Source: a virus (taxonomy: Duplodnaviria; Caudoviricetes). Taken from it: a stretch of DNA of 64,000 bases. The stretch lies in the IMG/VR virus record IMGVR_UViG_3300037423_000582, positions 3,716 through 67,715 of that record. One strand, 5' to 3'. The translations under genes were made by a program, and so were the position numbers. Positions within the stretch are counted from its first letter, which is position 1, and each line of letters starts with the position of its first letter. The notes below the pieces were generated by a model. It was not told where the DNA came from, ran no database searches, and worked only from the letters and a program-made list of their open reading frames with translations. Positions 36,740 to 45,610 of this stretch are shown in pieces.

Positions 36740-36790
36740 GGCGGGTGCTCCAGTGTCGGGTGCGCGGGCGCAGGCCCGCGCGGTGAGGGT

Positions 36791-37060
36791 TTAGGCAGCG
36801 GGTGCTTCGGGTGCAGGCGCTTCGGGTGCAGGCGCTTCGGGTGCAGGCGCTTCGGGTTCGGCGGCCAGCGAGGCGCGCAGCTCATCCAGGTCGACCTCGA
36901 CATGGGCCTGACCGACTTCGACGTCGTCCTTGATCTCGACGGCGCCGGCGGCCTCGACTTCGCGCACCATCTCCGGCGGTACGTGGGTCGGTTCGTCGGC
37001 GACAAAGGCGATCGCACCGAAACTCGTGGCGATCACGTCGGTGCGGGGCAGTTTGTGCAT
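36791..37060 (-). CDS. hypothetical virion-module protein (paralog B) with PEAPA tail
   Basis: AGGAG SD; GAIAFVADEPTHVPPEM...GAV. Confidence 0.65.
   Translation of the reverse strand: MHKLPRTDVIATSFGAIAFVADEPTHVPPEMVREVEAAGAVEIKDDVEVGQAHVEVDLDELRASLAAEPEAPAPEAPAPEAPAPEAPAA
36804..36857. repeat. 15-bp tandem repeat, about 3.6 copies
   Basis: GCTTCGGGTGCAGGC x3 plus a partial copy; encodes (PEAPA)n on the - strand. Confidence 0.9.
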
Positions 37061-37078
37061 GATGGCTCCTGTGCAGTT

Positions 37079-37105
37079 AGAACAAAGGGGCACGAAGCCC
37101 CTTTG
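37079..37105 (-). terminator. intrinsic terminator downstream of the capsid-associated gene
   Basis: CAAAGGGGC/GCCCCTTTG stem, TTCGT loop on -, then TTCT. Confidence 0.7.
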
Positions 37106-37129
37106 AAAGTCAGCGTGTTGTCGGCGCGA

Positions 37130-37564
37130 TTACTTCACGACGACTTCGGTCGCACGGCCGTCGATGATGTACTCGGCGCGGATGCTCACGGTGCCGGCGG
37201 CAGCATTGCCGTTCTGGTTGGCCAGCGTGATGCGCAGGTCTTCGCCGGTGCCCTTGTAGCCGGTCAGCGTCAGCGCAGTGCGGGCCGCGGCTTTCAGGTT
37301 CACCGCGTTGGCATAGCGCGTGGCGCTGCCGCTGTCGCCGATCGAGATCGTCGCGGTGCCGGTCTCGTCCGACGCGACTTCGACGGTGACGTCGCCGCCG
37401 ATCATGATGGCGCCGATCGGCAGCGGAATCGGCTCGAATACGCCGGCCGTAGCCTTGAAGTTGGTCAGAGCGCCGCTCGTGTCGATCATGGCATCGGCCA
37501 TCGTGAACTTGAACGACGCGACCTGCGGGTTCTGCGCGGAACGGGCAGCTTTCAGAGTGGTCAT
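37130..37564 (-). CDS. putative capsid decoration/cement protein
   Basis: 144-aa beta-type protein directly after the major capsid gene; AAGGA SD. Confidence 0.6.
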   Translation of the reverse strand: MTTLKAARSAQNPQVASFKFTMADAMIDTSGALTNFKATAGVFEPIPLPIGAIMIGGDVTVEVASDETGTATISIGDSGSATRYANAVNLKAAARTALTLTGYKGTGEDLRITLANQNGNAAAGTVSIRAEYIIDGRATEVVVK

Positions 37565-37633
37565 GTTTGCATTCCTTGAATGAGAGGGTTCAGCAGCTCG
37601 GGTGCAGGGCGGCTTGTGCCGCCCGTGTCACGC

Positions 37634-38743
37634 TTACTGCGCGACGTACACCGAGATGACGCCGAAGTCTTCGACGGAGCCGGCCTCGTAGATGCTCGAG
37701 AACTTCGGCTTCAGGAAGCCGAGGATCTTGCCGCATGCGATGGCCTGCTGGTTGCCGTAGTCGAACTCCTTCTCGATCCACTCCGGATTGCCGATGTCGG
37801 CCATGCCGAGCGCCTGGGCGCCGCAGAACAGCATCTGGCAGCCTTCCACCGTGCCGCTCGCGCCATACTTCGAGCCGGATGCAGCGGTGCGGGTATTCGG
37901 CACGTGGCGGAACTCGTGCAGGTACAGGCCGTCGACCTTGACCGTGCCGCCACTGAACAGCTTGTCGTTCTCGCCCTTCTGGACGGTGTGGCGCAGGTTC
38001 AGCATGTAGTCCGGGTCCAGCTTCAGCTTGGCCATGGCCTGCGGGGTCAGGAACACGTGGTAGCACTCCTCGCCACCTTCTTCCTTGACGCCACGGATGT
38101 AGCGGTCCTTGGCGTATGCCTTGAGCTGGACCAGCAGGTTCCAGGTCGGGGTGTCGGTCGCGACGACGGCGGACGATGCGCCGTTCGGGACCAGCGCCTT
38201 GTTGGTGCCGTCCCAGCGCAGGCGGCGGTTGGTCGACGGCGCAGCCACGTCGGCCGCGAATTCCAGGCTCGGCAGATCCGAACCGACGCGCAGGGCGCCG
38301 CCCGGATAGCGGCTGTACGACAGGCCGGCCAGCGTCAGGAACGCCAGCTGGTCGACGCGGTCGGCCAGCCAGTAGGCCAGCACGTCTTTCGAGTTGCCGC
38401 GGAATTCGACGATCGACTTCTGGTCGGCCATGCGGCCTTCGTGGCGGTTCGCATGACGCAGCTGGTCAATACGGATCACTTGGTCGAACGTCTGGATGCC
38501 TTCCTCGTTGCCTTCCAGCGTGCGGTCACCGGCAACGCCGTCGCCTTGCAGGTCGGCCAGCAGGGTGATCACGGCGCGGGCGCCCTTCTCGGATTTCTTC
38601 AGTTCGGTGATGTGCTGGATCAGCGAATTCGGGCCTTTGCCCAGGAAGCGGTTCACAAACGACATGTTACGGGCCTGTTTCCACAGGTCCATCGACCAGA
38701 TGGTCTTTTGTTCGTTCGTCAACTGCGAAAAATTGGTCAGCAT
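37634..38743 (-). CDS. major capsid protein (N4-gp56/DUF4043-like)
   Basis: LEGNEEG...IRIDQLRHA, FCGAQALG, EFDYGNQ...KILGFLKP; GAGGT SD. Confidence 0.88.
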   Translation of the reverse strand: MLTNFSQLTNEQKTIWSMDLWKQARNMSFVNRFLGKGPNSLIQHITELKKSEKGARAVITLLADLQGDGVAGDRTLEGNEEGIQTFDQVIRIDQLRHANRHEGRMADQKSIVEFRGNSKDVLAYWLADRVDQLAFLTLAGLSYSRYPGGALRVGSDLPSLEFAADVAAPSTNRRLRWDGTNKALVPNGASSAVVATDTPTWNLLVQLKAYAKDRYIRGVKEEGGEECYHVFLTPQAMAKLKLDPDYMLNLRHTVQKGENDKLFSGGTVKVDGLYLHEFRHVPNTRTAASGSKYGASGTVEGCQMLFCGAQALGMADIGNPEWIEKEFDYGNQQAIACGKILGFLKPKFSSIYEAGSVEDFGVISVYVAQ

Positions 38744-38877
38744 GAGCGCGTACCTCGTAGGGTTGGTCAAAATGGGATGGTGGTCTACTGCCTGTGCATC
38801 GCATCTCGTTGCGACCGGACGGGTACTGCCGGGTTACAGGAGTCTCGTCACCTGTTACGTGTGCGCAATATTGTCAC

Positions 38878-38906
38878 AAAAAAGTAGGTTGCGCAAGCGC
38901 AACCTA
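38878..38906 (-). terminator. intrinsic terminator between scaffold and capsid genes
   Basis: On -: TAGGTTGCG-CTTG-CGCAACCTA followed by CTTTTTT. Confidence 0.7.
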
Positions 38907-38922
38907 ATCGGGTAAGAAATTT

Positions 38923-38942
38923 CCTAGCCGCATGCGGCTAGG
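38923..38942. repeat. perfect 20-bp palindrome
   Basis: CCTAGCCGCATGCGGCTAGG, abutting the scaffold stop codon. Confidence 0.9.
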
Positions 38943-39935
38943 TCACAGCACATCGCCACGCAGGCGCGCGAGCGTTTCCTCGTTGAGCTTGGCGAACTTG
39001 TCCTGGTCCATCTTCATCACGTCCTCGGCCGAGACCGCGCCGCCGCCATGGCGGTCGCTGTCGGCGCCGACCTTGGCCGCCGATGGCGGGGTCTTGGTGG
39101 CGGCATCGACCGCTTTTGCCGTCGCCGCTTCCTTGCGCTCGGCGCCGGTGACAGCGGCCTTGTCCACGCGCGGCGTCACGCTGGTGGCCTGCTCCTGCTT
39201 CGCGGTCTGGGCCGGCATCAGCTTCTCGACCGCCTTCTGCAGCGCGGCGCTCGGGGTCATGCCCTTGCGCTGGTAGGTGTCCTTCAAGTCCATCACATCG
39301 GACACGGCTTCCTTGTCGAAGCTCTCGTGGTCCGGGTTCAGCTGCGGATAGGCCGCCTCCAGCCGCTCGACGACCGTGTTGTAGCGCACCGACTCGATCG
39401 CCTGTGCCGTCGCGGCCTGGGTGCGCATCTCGACCTTCAGGTCGCCGATCTCGCGCTCGGTGGCGCGGATCTCGCGCATGATCGCGGTGGCCTTGTCCAC
39501 CTCGCCATCGACCAGCGCCTTGTTGTACTCGGCTTCCTTGGCGGCGACTTTTTCTTCGAGCTTCGTGATGTCGGTGTTCGTCTTGACGACGGCCTGCCCC
39601 TCCTGGAACGCCTTGAGCTGCGCGGCCATCGCGTCGCGCTCGGCGCGGGTCTTGTCGAGCACGGCCTTGTGGCGGTCCAGCGGGATCATGGCCTTCTTGC
39701 CGTCCGCGCCGTCATCGGCCGCGCCGTCCTTGTCGTCGGTGGTGCCAGCCGCCTTGGCCGCCTCCTCGGCACGGATGCGCTCGGCCTCGGCCGCCGCGTC
39801 GGCTGCGGCCTGATCGTCGACGACCGGCGCGCCGGCCGCCAGTGTGTCGCCACGGTCGGCGCCCGCCGCGCTGCCGTCGCTGGCCTGATCCATCGGGATC
39901 GCGCGGGCGAGGAATTTATGCAGGTATCGGTTCAT
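38943..39935 (-). CDS. capsid scaffolding protein
   Basis: Acidic Ala-rich coiled coil, MIPLDRHK motif, C-terminal RLRGD; lies between portal and capsid. Confidence 0.75.
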   Translation of the reverse strand: MNRYLHKFLARAIPMDQASDGSAAGADRGDTLAAGAPVVDDQAAADAAAEAERIRAEEAAKAAGTTDDKDGAADDGADGKKAMIPLDRHKAVLDKTRAERDAMAAQLKAFQEGQAVVKTNTDITKLEEKVAAKEAEYNKALVDGEVDKATAIMREIRATEREIGDLKVEMRTQAATAQAIESVRYNTVVERLEAAYPQLNPDHESFDKEAVSDVMDLKDTYQRKGMTPSAALQKAVEKLMPAQTAKQEQATSVTPRVDKAAVTGAERKEAATAKAVDAATKTPPSAAKVGADSDRHGGGAVSAEDVMKMDQDKFAKLNEETLARLRGDVL

Positions 39936-39952
39936 GTCTTTTTTCTCCTAGT

Positions 39953-42085
39953 TCATTCGGTGGTTGCGGGTTCGTTGTCCTGCGCGGTCAGGGCGGCGAT
40001 GCGCTGCTGCTCGGCCTGCTGGGCTGCTTGCTGTTGCTTCAGTGCGGCATCCTGCGCGGCGGTCTGTTCCTTCAGCGCTGCATCGCGGTGGTCCATCTGC
40101 ACCTCGTGCTGGAACTGGCGCTCCTTCAGGTCGATCTCGTGCGCCGCCTTGGCCTCGTCGATGTGGGTGGTGTCGGCCTGGGCCTGCGGCTGCTCGATCG
40201 GCGTGGCGGCCTCCTTCTGGGCCTTCACGCCGATGGCGCCGGCATTGGCCTGATCCTTCAGGGCCTGGGCCTTGATGCGCTCAATCTCGGCCTGCACCTT
40301 GCGCACCTCCTCGCGCACGAGCTGCAGCTGGAGCTGAGCCTGCTCCTGCGCTTCGGGGCTCTGGGCGCGCGCCGCCATCTTCTGCAGGATCGCCTTCTTG
40401 TCCTGCAGGCGCGATGCCTCGATCAGCACCTCGTCCGGGATCATGACGCCCATTTCCTTCAGCGACACGGCCTGTTCGAACTGCGAGTCCTCGCTCGTGT
40501 CCTTGACCGGCACGCTGGTGACCACGACGTCGTACTCGCCGACCGTCAGGTCGTTGAGTATCGTGCCGTCGGCGCTCGGCTGGTTGACCGTGATGGCGTC
40601 GACCTGACCGCGCAGCTCGTCGCGCGTGAACGTGACCAGGCGCTCGTCGGTGTAGAAGCGCTGCACCAGGCTCAAGGTCGCGCGGGCCAGGAAGAAGTCG
40701 AAGCGGCCCAGGTTGTCGAGCGGCTTGACCATCGTGACCTGACCCGACTGCTTCTTTTCCTGGATCGCCTTGGCGGCCACGTCGGCGCGGTCCTGGCCCA
40801 CCATCGAGTCCGACACGTTCGAGATGCCCTTGATGTGCTCCTCGGCCTTGTAGCTCATCCGGTCCAGGCCCTGCGGCGTCTGGTTCGGCTGGATCTTGAC
40901 GATGTCCTTGTCCGGGTCGCCATTCACCTCGACCACGAGACCGGTACGCGCGCCGTTGGCTTCCAGCTCGTCCAGCGTCATGTTCGTCAGCGCACCCTGC
41001 TTGACCTTCCAGCCGCCGTTCGCGCTGGAATTGACGATGTGCAGCTCCTGGCTGGTCGTCTTGTTCAGCAGCTCCTGCGGGTCCAGCAGGTTCTCGACGA
41101 GGCCGATGGTGCGGCCGTGGCGGAAGTACGGGAAGTACGGCACCACGGTGAAGTGCTCGTAGGGCGACCAGTCGTCGTGCAGCTCGACGCAGTCGCAGAT
41201 CACGGTCCAGCGCAGCCGGCGCACGACCTGCGGCACCACGGCGAAGCCGAACTCCTTGACGATCAGCGCGATGCGGTCGCGGTCCCAGCCCTCCGGTACC
41301 GGGCGCTTGTCGCCGGTCCTCGGGTTGACGAAGAACTGCTGGCGGTCGAGCTTGCGGTACTGGCGCTCGATCAGGCGCAGCTGGCGCTGCACGCCGCCCA
41401 TGTCGACGATGTCCGAGTAGCCCGGCGTCGTGGTCAGGCCGAAGCGGTCGCGGTCCTCGGTGATCGAGTCGTAGCCGTACGGGAAATAGCTCTCGGTGCG
41501 CAGACGCAGCAGGTCGGCGTTGTCCTTGCCGTACAGGACCGCGATGTCGTCGGCGGTGAGCCACTTCGTCGTGAAGACCTCGCTCCACGTGTCCGGATCA
41601 CACTCCTCGCCGTCCGGGTCGATGACGACGTTCTTCGGGTTCAGGTTCGTGTACTTGACGTCGCCCTGCATCGAGCGGCTGTAGTCCATGCGCACGTCGA
41701 GGAAGCCGCGGCTGGTGATCACGCCGTCGTCGAATACCTGACTGCGCAGCCAGTTGAGCTGGTTCTGGTCGCTGATCTGCTTGAACACCTTGTTCAGCGC
41801 CTGCGCAGTCTCGTCGAACTGCGGCGAGCGCGGGCGGAAGCTGATCTCGGCGCGGTTCTTGATCTGCTCGCCCATGACGGAGCCGATGGTGGGCAGGATC
41901 TTGTTGATGGTCAGGGCCGGGCGGCGCTCGCCGCGCAGCTTCTGCAGGTCGCGCGGGTCCCACTGGTCGCCCGCGAAGAAGCGCTCGCAGCGGTCGGCCT
42001 TGCGCATGAACTGCGTGTGTCCGTTGTCGCGGCAGAACTGGTAGCGGGACCAGATTTTGTACGCCAGATTGGCATTGATGGGCAC
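39953..42085 (-). CDS. portal protein (P22-like)
   Basis: F.AGDQW...RPALTINKI, HFTVVPYF, GLVENLLDPQ..LNK, VGEYDVVV; C-terminal Gln-rich coil. Confidence 0.88.
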   Translation of the reverse strand: MPINANLAYKIWSRYQFCRDNGHTQFMRKADRCERFFAGDQWDPRDLQKLRGERRPALTINKILPTIGSVMGEQIKNRAEISFRPRSPQFDETAQALNKVFKQISDQNQLNWLRSQVFDDGVITSRGFLDVRMDYSRSMQGDVKYTNLNPKNVVIDPDGEECDPDTWSEVFTTKWLTADDIAVLYGKDNADLLRLRTESYFPYGYDSITEDRDRFGLTTTPGYSDIVDMGGVQRQLRLIERQYRKLDRQQFFVNPRTGDKRPVPEGWDRDRIALIVKEFGFAVVPQVVRRLRWTVICDCVELHDDWSPYEHFTVVPYFPYFRHGRTIGLVENLLDPQELLNKTTSQELHIVNSSANGGWKVKQGALTNMTLDELEANGARTGLVVEVNGDPDKDIVKIQPNQTPQGLDRMSYKAEEHIKGISNVSDSMVGQDRADVAAKAIQEKKQSGQVTMVKPLDNLGRFDFFLARATLSLVQRFYTDERLVTFTRDELRGQVDAITVNQPSADGTILNDLTVGEYDVVVTSVPVKDTSEDSQFEQAVSLKEMGVMIPDEVLIEASRLQDKKAILQKMAARAQSPEAQEQAQLQLQLVREEVRKVQAEIERIKAQALKDQANAGAIGVKAQKEAATPIEQPQAQADTTHIDEAKAAHEIDLKERQFQHEVQMDHRDAALKEQTAAQDAALKQQQAAQQAEQQRIAALTAQDNEPATTE

Positions 42086-42094
42086 GTTAACTCC

Positions 42095-42583
42095 TTACGG
42101 CGACGGAACGAGGTCGCGAATTGCCTTCTTGATTATTTTCCACTGCTCGGTCGTGGGCTGGTCGGAGATGAGTTGGGCTGCGGCGATGAGGAGCTGCAGC
42201 GGTGCAGGCTGGACGGCGCCGTGCACACAGTCGGCGTCGTGCCCGAACGTGGCCGGCTGGTCGCAGTGGCAGGCTGCGGCGATGTCGTGGCGCAGTTGCA
42301 GCTTGTGGGCGTTTGCGTCGTTAAGCGCGATGTGCGGGTTGAATGCCGTGTCACCCTTCGGCTCGTACGGCCGGAGACTCACGGTGCCGCCGTCGATGAT
42401 GCGGCCGGTGGGTGTAGACGGCAGTGCTGCGACAAGCGCATTCGGCACGGCGCGCGTGCCGAACAGCGCCTGCAGGTCCGGTATGCCCGCGAACTGGATG
42501 GCTTCGCCGTGCAGCGGGCAGTGCGGGTCGTCGCCGGTGAGGTGGCAGGTGCAGAGATCTTCCAGGTTCGGGTCCATGTTCAT
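42095..42583 (-). CDS. hypothetical Cys/His-rich protein between terL and portal
   Basis: ATGA overlap with the terL stop; CTCH...HCPLHG and CHCD...HDADCVHG. Confidence 0.55.
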   Translation of the reverse strand: MNMDPNLEDLCTCHLTGDDPHCPLHGEAIQFAGIPDLQALFGTRAVPNALVAALPSTPTGRIIDGGTVSLRPYEPKGDTAFNPHIALNDANAHKLQLRHDIAAACHCDQPATFGHDADCVHGAVQPAPLQLLIAAAQLISDQPTTEQWKIIKKAIRDLVPSP

Positions 42584-44211
42584 GCGCTCATGTGGGTTGC
42601 GTTCGTGACCATCGTCTTGAGACGGTCCTTCCAGGATTTCTCGGCGCCGCGCCGTACCTTATGCGGCGCGCTGCGGCCCATCGCCACCTGCGCCACCCAG
42701 GCGCACGAGTCGACGCGGTCGTCGTGCACGCCGGCCGGGAAGCGCAGCATCTCGTTGCGGCAGTCCTCGTACCAGTCGCCGGCTTGCGCGAAGCTGACCA
42801 TGCCGGCCTGCATGCGGCCCTTGAGCGGGCTGGCGCGCACCTCCTTGTCGGTCAGCGGCGGCAGCACCTGGATGCGCGGGAAGAAGTTCCGGGCCCGGCA
42901 TGCCTTCTTGAAGGTGCTCTCCATCGTCTTCCAGATCTGGCCATCCTCGACGCCGATGATCATGCTCGGGTGGTACCACTTCTGCGCCTGGTCGAGCATG
43001 GCATTGACGATCACGTCGATGTCGTTCGTCTTCAGGCGGATCTGGTCGGCGAAATGCAGTATGTCGTTCTCGTCCAGGAGGCCCACGGTGCCGACGGTGA
43101 AGTCGTTCTGCTTCTTGATGCCGATCGCGAAGTCCCACGCGGTCTGCACCACGTAGTTCTTCAGGTATGGAATCGGCCCGCGCCGGAACATGTCCTTCGA
43201 GAAGAACGCACCATCGTCCGGCACCGGGTTCTGCTGGAACAGCGCGGACCAGTGGCGCGGCGCGATCGTGCTCTTGATGCGGCGCAGCTTCTTCAGGTCG
43301 TAGCGCTCCGGGTGCAGGGCGTCGCCCTTGGCACGGAGAAAACGCAGCTCCTGGGTCGAGATGCCGAGCTTGGCCGCTTCGAGCAGGATGTCGACCTGAT
43401 CCCTGGCCTCGGTGTCGACGCGCACGATCTCGTCGGTCTCGACATTCAGGAACTCCGCGGCTTCCGCGATCGCCGGGTACTTGATGATCTCGAAGTTGTC
43501 GATGTCCTCGTCGCCCGCGCCGGCCTGCATGGCCTGCTGGATGCGCCCGGCGAGGTCATCGTCATGCCACCACGTCTGGATGACGAGCACACCGGCGCCG
43601 GGGGCCAAGCGGGTGTAGGCGGTGGAGCCGTACCAGTCCCAGATCGATTCACGCGTCACGGCGCTGTCGGCTTCCTCGGAGTTCTTGATCGGGTCGTCGA
43701 TGATCAGGACGTGCGCGCCCTTGCCGGTGATACCGCCGCCGACGCCGGCCGCCACATAGCCGCCGGTGTGGCCCTGCACGGTCCACTCCTCGGTCGAGCG
43801 GTTGTTCGGGTCCAGGCGCGTGTCGAACACGGTCTCGTAGGCCGGGTCGTCGATGATCTGCTTGATCTTCTTCGAGAAGCCCATCGCGAGGCTGATGTTG
43901 TACGAGCAGGCGATGATCTCGTGGTCGGGAAAGCGCCCCAGGTGCCACGGCGGGAACATCTTCGATGCCAGCTCGCTCTTGCCGTGCCGGGGCGGCATGA
44001 GCAGCATCAACCGGGGCGACAAGCCTTTCGCGACATCTTCCGAGAAGCGCTCCAGCCGGCGGCAGATGTCCTCGTGCACCCACCCTGCACTGTACTTCGG
44101 GTTCATGCGCTGCACGAACGGCAGCAGGCGGCGCTTGCTGAGTTGGCGGCTGGCGATCTCGCGCAGCGCGTCCTGCTTCGTGACCGGCTTGGCCGTGGCG
44201 ATCTGGCTCAT
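42580..44211 (-). CDS. terL: terminase large subunit
   Basis: MPPRHGKSEL (Walker A), LIIDDPIK (Walker B), WDFA...NDFTVG and HDDRVD nuclease motifs. Alternative start 44268. Confidence 0.92.
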   Translation of the reverse strand: MSQIATAKPVTKQDALREIASRQLSKRRLLPFVQRMNPKYSAGWVHEDICRRLERFSEDVAKGLSPRLMLLMPPRHGKSELASKMFPPWHLGRFPDHEIIACSYNISLAMGFSKKIKQIIDDPAYETVFDTRLDPNNRSTEEWTVQGHTGGYVAAGVGGGITGKGAHVLIIDDPIKNSEEADSAVTRESIWDWYGSTAYTRLAPGAGVLVIQTWWHDDDLAGRIQQAMQAGAGDEDIDNFEIIKYPAIAEAAEFLNVETDEIVRVDTEARDQVDILLEAAKLGISTQELRFLRAKGDALHPERYDLKKLRRIKSTIAPRHWSALFQQNPVPDDGAFFSKDMFRRGPIPYLKNYVVQTAWDFAIGIKKQNDFTVGTVGLLDENDILHFADQIRLKTNDIDVIVNAMLDQAQKWYHPSMIIGVEDGQIWKTMESTFKKACRARNFFPRIQVLPPLTDKEVRASPLKGRMQAGMVSFAQAGDWYEDCRNEMLRFPAGVHDDRVDSCAWVAQVAMGRSAPHKVRRGAEKSWKDRLKTMVTNATHMSA

Positions 44212-44236
44212 AGTTCGACGAGCCTCGGCAGGATGA

Positions 44237-44917
44237 TCATGGCTCATACCCCAGTTGTGCGGTGTCATCGGACACCTCGTTCATGTCCACGTCGATGATC
44301 TCCGCACCAGCCTCGCCCTTGATCAGCGCGAGCAGCTGGGCATCGCTCAATCGCTCGACCTTCTGCGTGATGGTGCCATTCACGTTCACGTTCACGTCGA
44401 CCTTCCTGGGCTCGTAATACCCGCACATCTTGCCGATCTCGCGCCACGCACCAGTCATGGCGGTCGGGTCGGCCTGCAGGCGCGCCATCTCGGCCGCCTC
44501 CAGGAAGCCGTCCATGACCTTCTTGCGGGTCATCTGGCAGGCTTCCTCGTAGAGCTTCTTCTCGCGCTCGTACACCTCGATCACCAGCGGGTCCTTGGCC
44601 AGCCGGTAGGCGTACGTGCCGCCGTCGCTGTAGCCGGCGCGGGCCGACGCTGTCAGGATCGATTCGCCGGCCGCCCAGTGGCGCACGAACATCGCCTGCA
44701 TCTCGGTGAGCTTGCGCTTGGGCGATTTGATGGCCTGGGTGCGGGCTGTGGTGGCGTCGACCGCCATCGCCTTGAGCTGGGCAAAGCGCTTCTCCTGGTC
44801 GGCTGCCTTGGCCTTGACGTTGGACGCCTTGAGCGGCGTCCTGGGTATCTTGGGTGCCAGGGTGCGGTCGTGGGGCTTCGGACCGGGCTTTTTCTTGGTC
44901 GCGGTTACGGTCGCCAT
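44237..44917 (-). CDS. terS: terminase small subunit
   Basis: LTEMQAMFV...ASARAGYS HTH-like pattern; directly upstream of terL. Confidence 0.75.
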   Translation of the reverse strand: MATVTATKKKPGPKPHDRTLAPKIPRTPLKASNVKAKAADQEKRFAQLKAMAVDATTARTQAIKSPKRKLTEMQAMFVRHWAAGESILTASARAGYSDGGTYAYRLAKDPLVIEVYEREKKLYEEACQMTRKKVMDGFLEAAEMARLQADPTAMTGAWREIGKMCGYYEPRKVDVNVNVNGTITQKVERLSDAQLLALIKGEAGAEIIDVDMNEVSDDTAQLGYEP

Positions 44918-45038
44918 TCTGAAGGTGAAGGTGGATTGTGGAATAGCGTCGAATCCTATCTTACTGCCGGGAAATTGTCGAGAAAATTGTGACGTGATCG
45001 GTGTTGCGTACAGGGATACGGGGTACTTCGGGCGAGTT

Positions 45039-45180
45039 CAATTGTGAAAAATTTTGTGAAATTTTTCTACAGAATTTTCATAAGATTTTTTCGTGCTTTC
45101 GGTCGTGGGAGCCTCCCTTCCCCGCTCGGCGCCCGAAGTACCCCACTTCGGATTCGCCTCACCCAGAGCGGAGGAAGGGG
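45039..45180. promoter_or_regulatory. divergent control region with A/T tracts and a nested hairpin
   Basis: AT-rich 45039-45092 with TTGTGAAA x2; hairpin CCGAAGT/ACTTCGG inside a 13-bp outer stem (45115-45179). Confidence 0.45.
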
Positions 45181-45227
45181 ACCCAAAAGCGCCGCACCCT
45201 GCGTGACGCGCAGCGTCTCCTCATGCA

Positions 45228-45257
45228 GCAGCGACAAACACCGCGTCGCTGCGTCGT
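45228..45257 (+). repeat. 30-nt hairpin repeat, copy 1
   Basis: GCAGCGAC-AAACACCGC-GTCGCTGC-GTCGT. Confidence 0.8.
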
Positions 45258-45294
45258 GGCGCTTTGTGCGTCAACCACAGAACAGGAGGCCACC

Positions 45295-45507
45295 ATGGCA
45301 CGCATCACGAAGGCAGAGCTTGAGCAACAGGTCGCAGCGCTGCAAGCACAGGTCGAAGAACTCAAGGCGCAGTTGGCGCGCGAGGCAATGCGCCCAGCAC
45401 CGCGCCCGGCGTACACCGCACCCGCGTGGCAACAGCAGCGTGCGCAGCAGATGGCGGCAGCGCGCGAACTGGCGATGCGCATCGGCCGCAGCGTGAAGGT
45501 GTCGTAG
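45295..45507 (+). CDS. small coiled-coil early protein
   Basis: AGGAGG SD; first gene of the + block. Confidence 0.7.
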   Translation: MARITKAELEQQVAALQAQVEELKAQLAREAMRPAPRPAYTAPAWQQQRAQQMAAARELAMRIGRSVKVS

Positions 45508-45521
45508 CACGAAGCACACAT

Positions 45522-45551
45522 GCAGCGACGAACACCACGTCGCTGCGTCGT
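45522..45551 (+). repeat. 30-nt hairpin repeat, copy 2
   Basis: GCAGCGAC-GAACACCAC-GTCGCTGC-GTCGT (2 mismatches to copy 1). Confidence 0.8.
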
Positions 45552-45610
45552 AGTTCCAACCATGAAGCCGAGCATGGTGCTCGGCTCATCAACTCGAAAG
45601 GAAACACATC

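Noticed and set aside
36804-36857. Tandem repeats as a mini CRISPR array (also 45228/45522 and 57131)
   Set aside because: There are no unique spacers of regular length between repeats; the units are contiguous coding repeats or only two copies flanking a gene.
39842-43156. 1104-aa + strand ORF (likewise 17953-19866, 23001-25319, 42592-44298, 49229-50686 and other long antisense ORFs)
   Set aside because: They lie antisense to clearly identified genes (portal, terL, primase) and are the expected shadow frames of high-GC3 coding; no SD or motifs.
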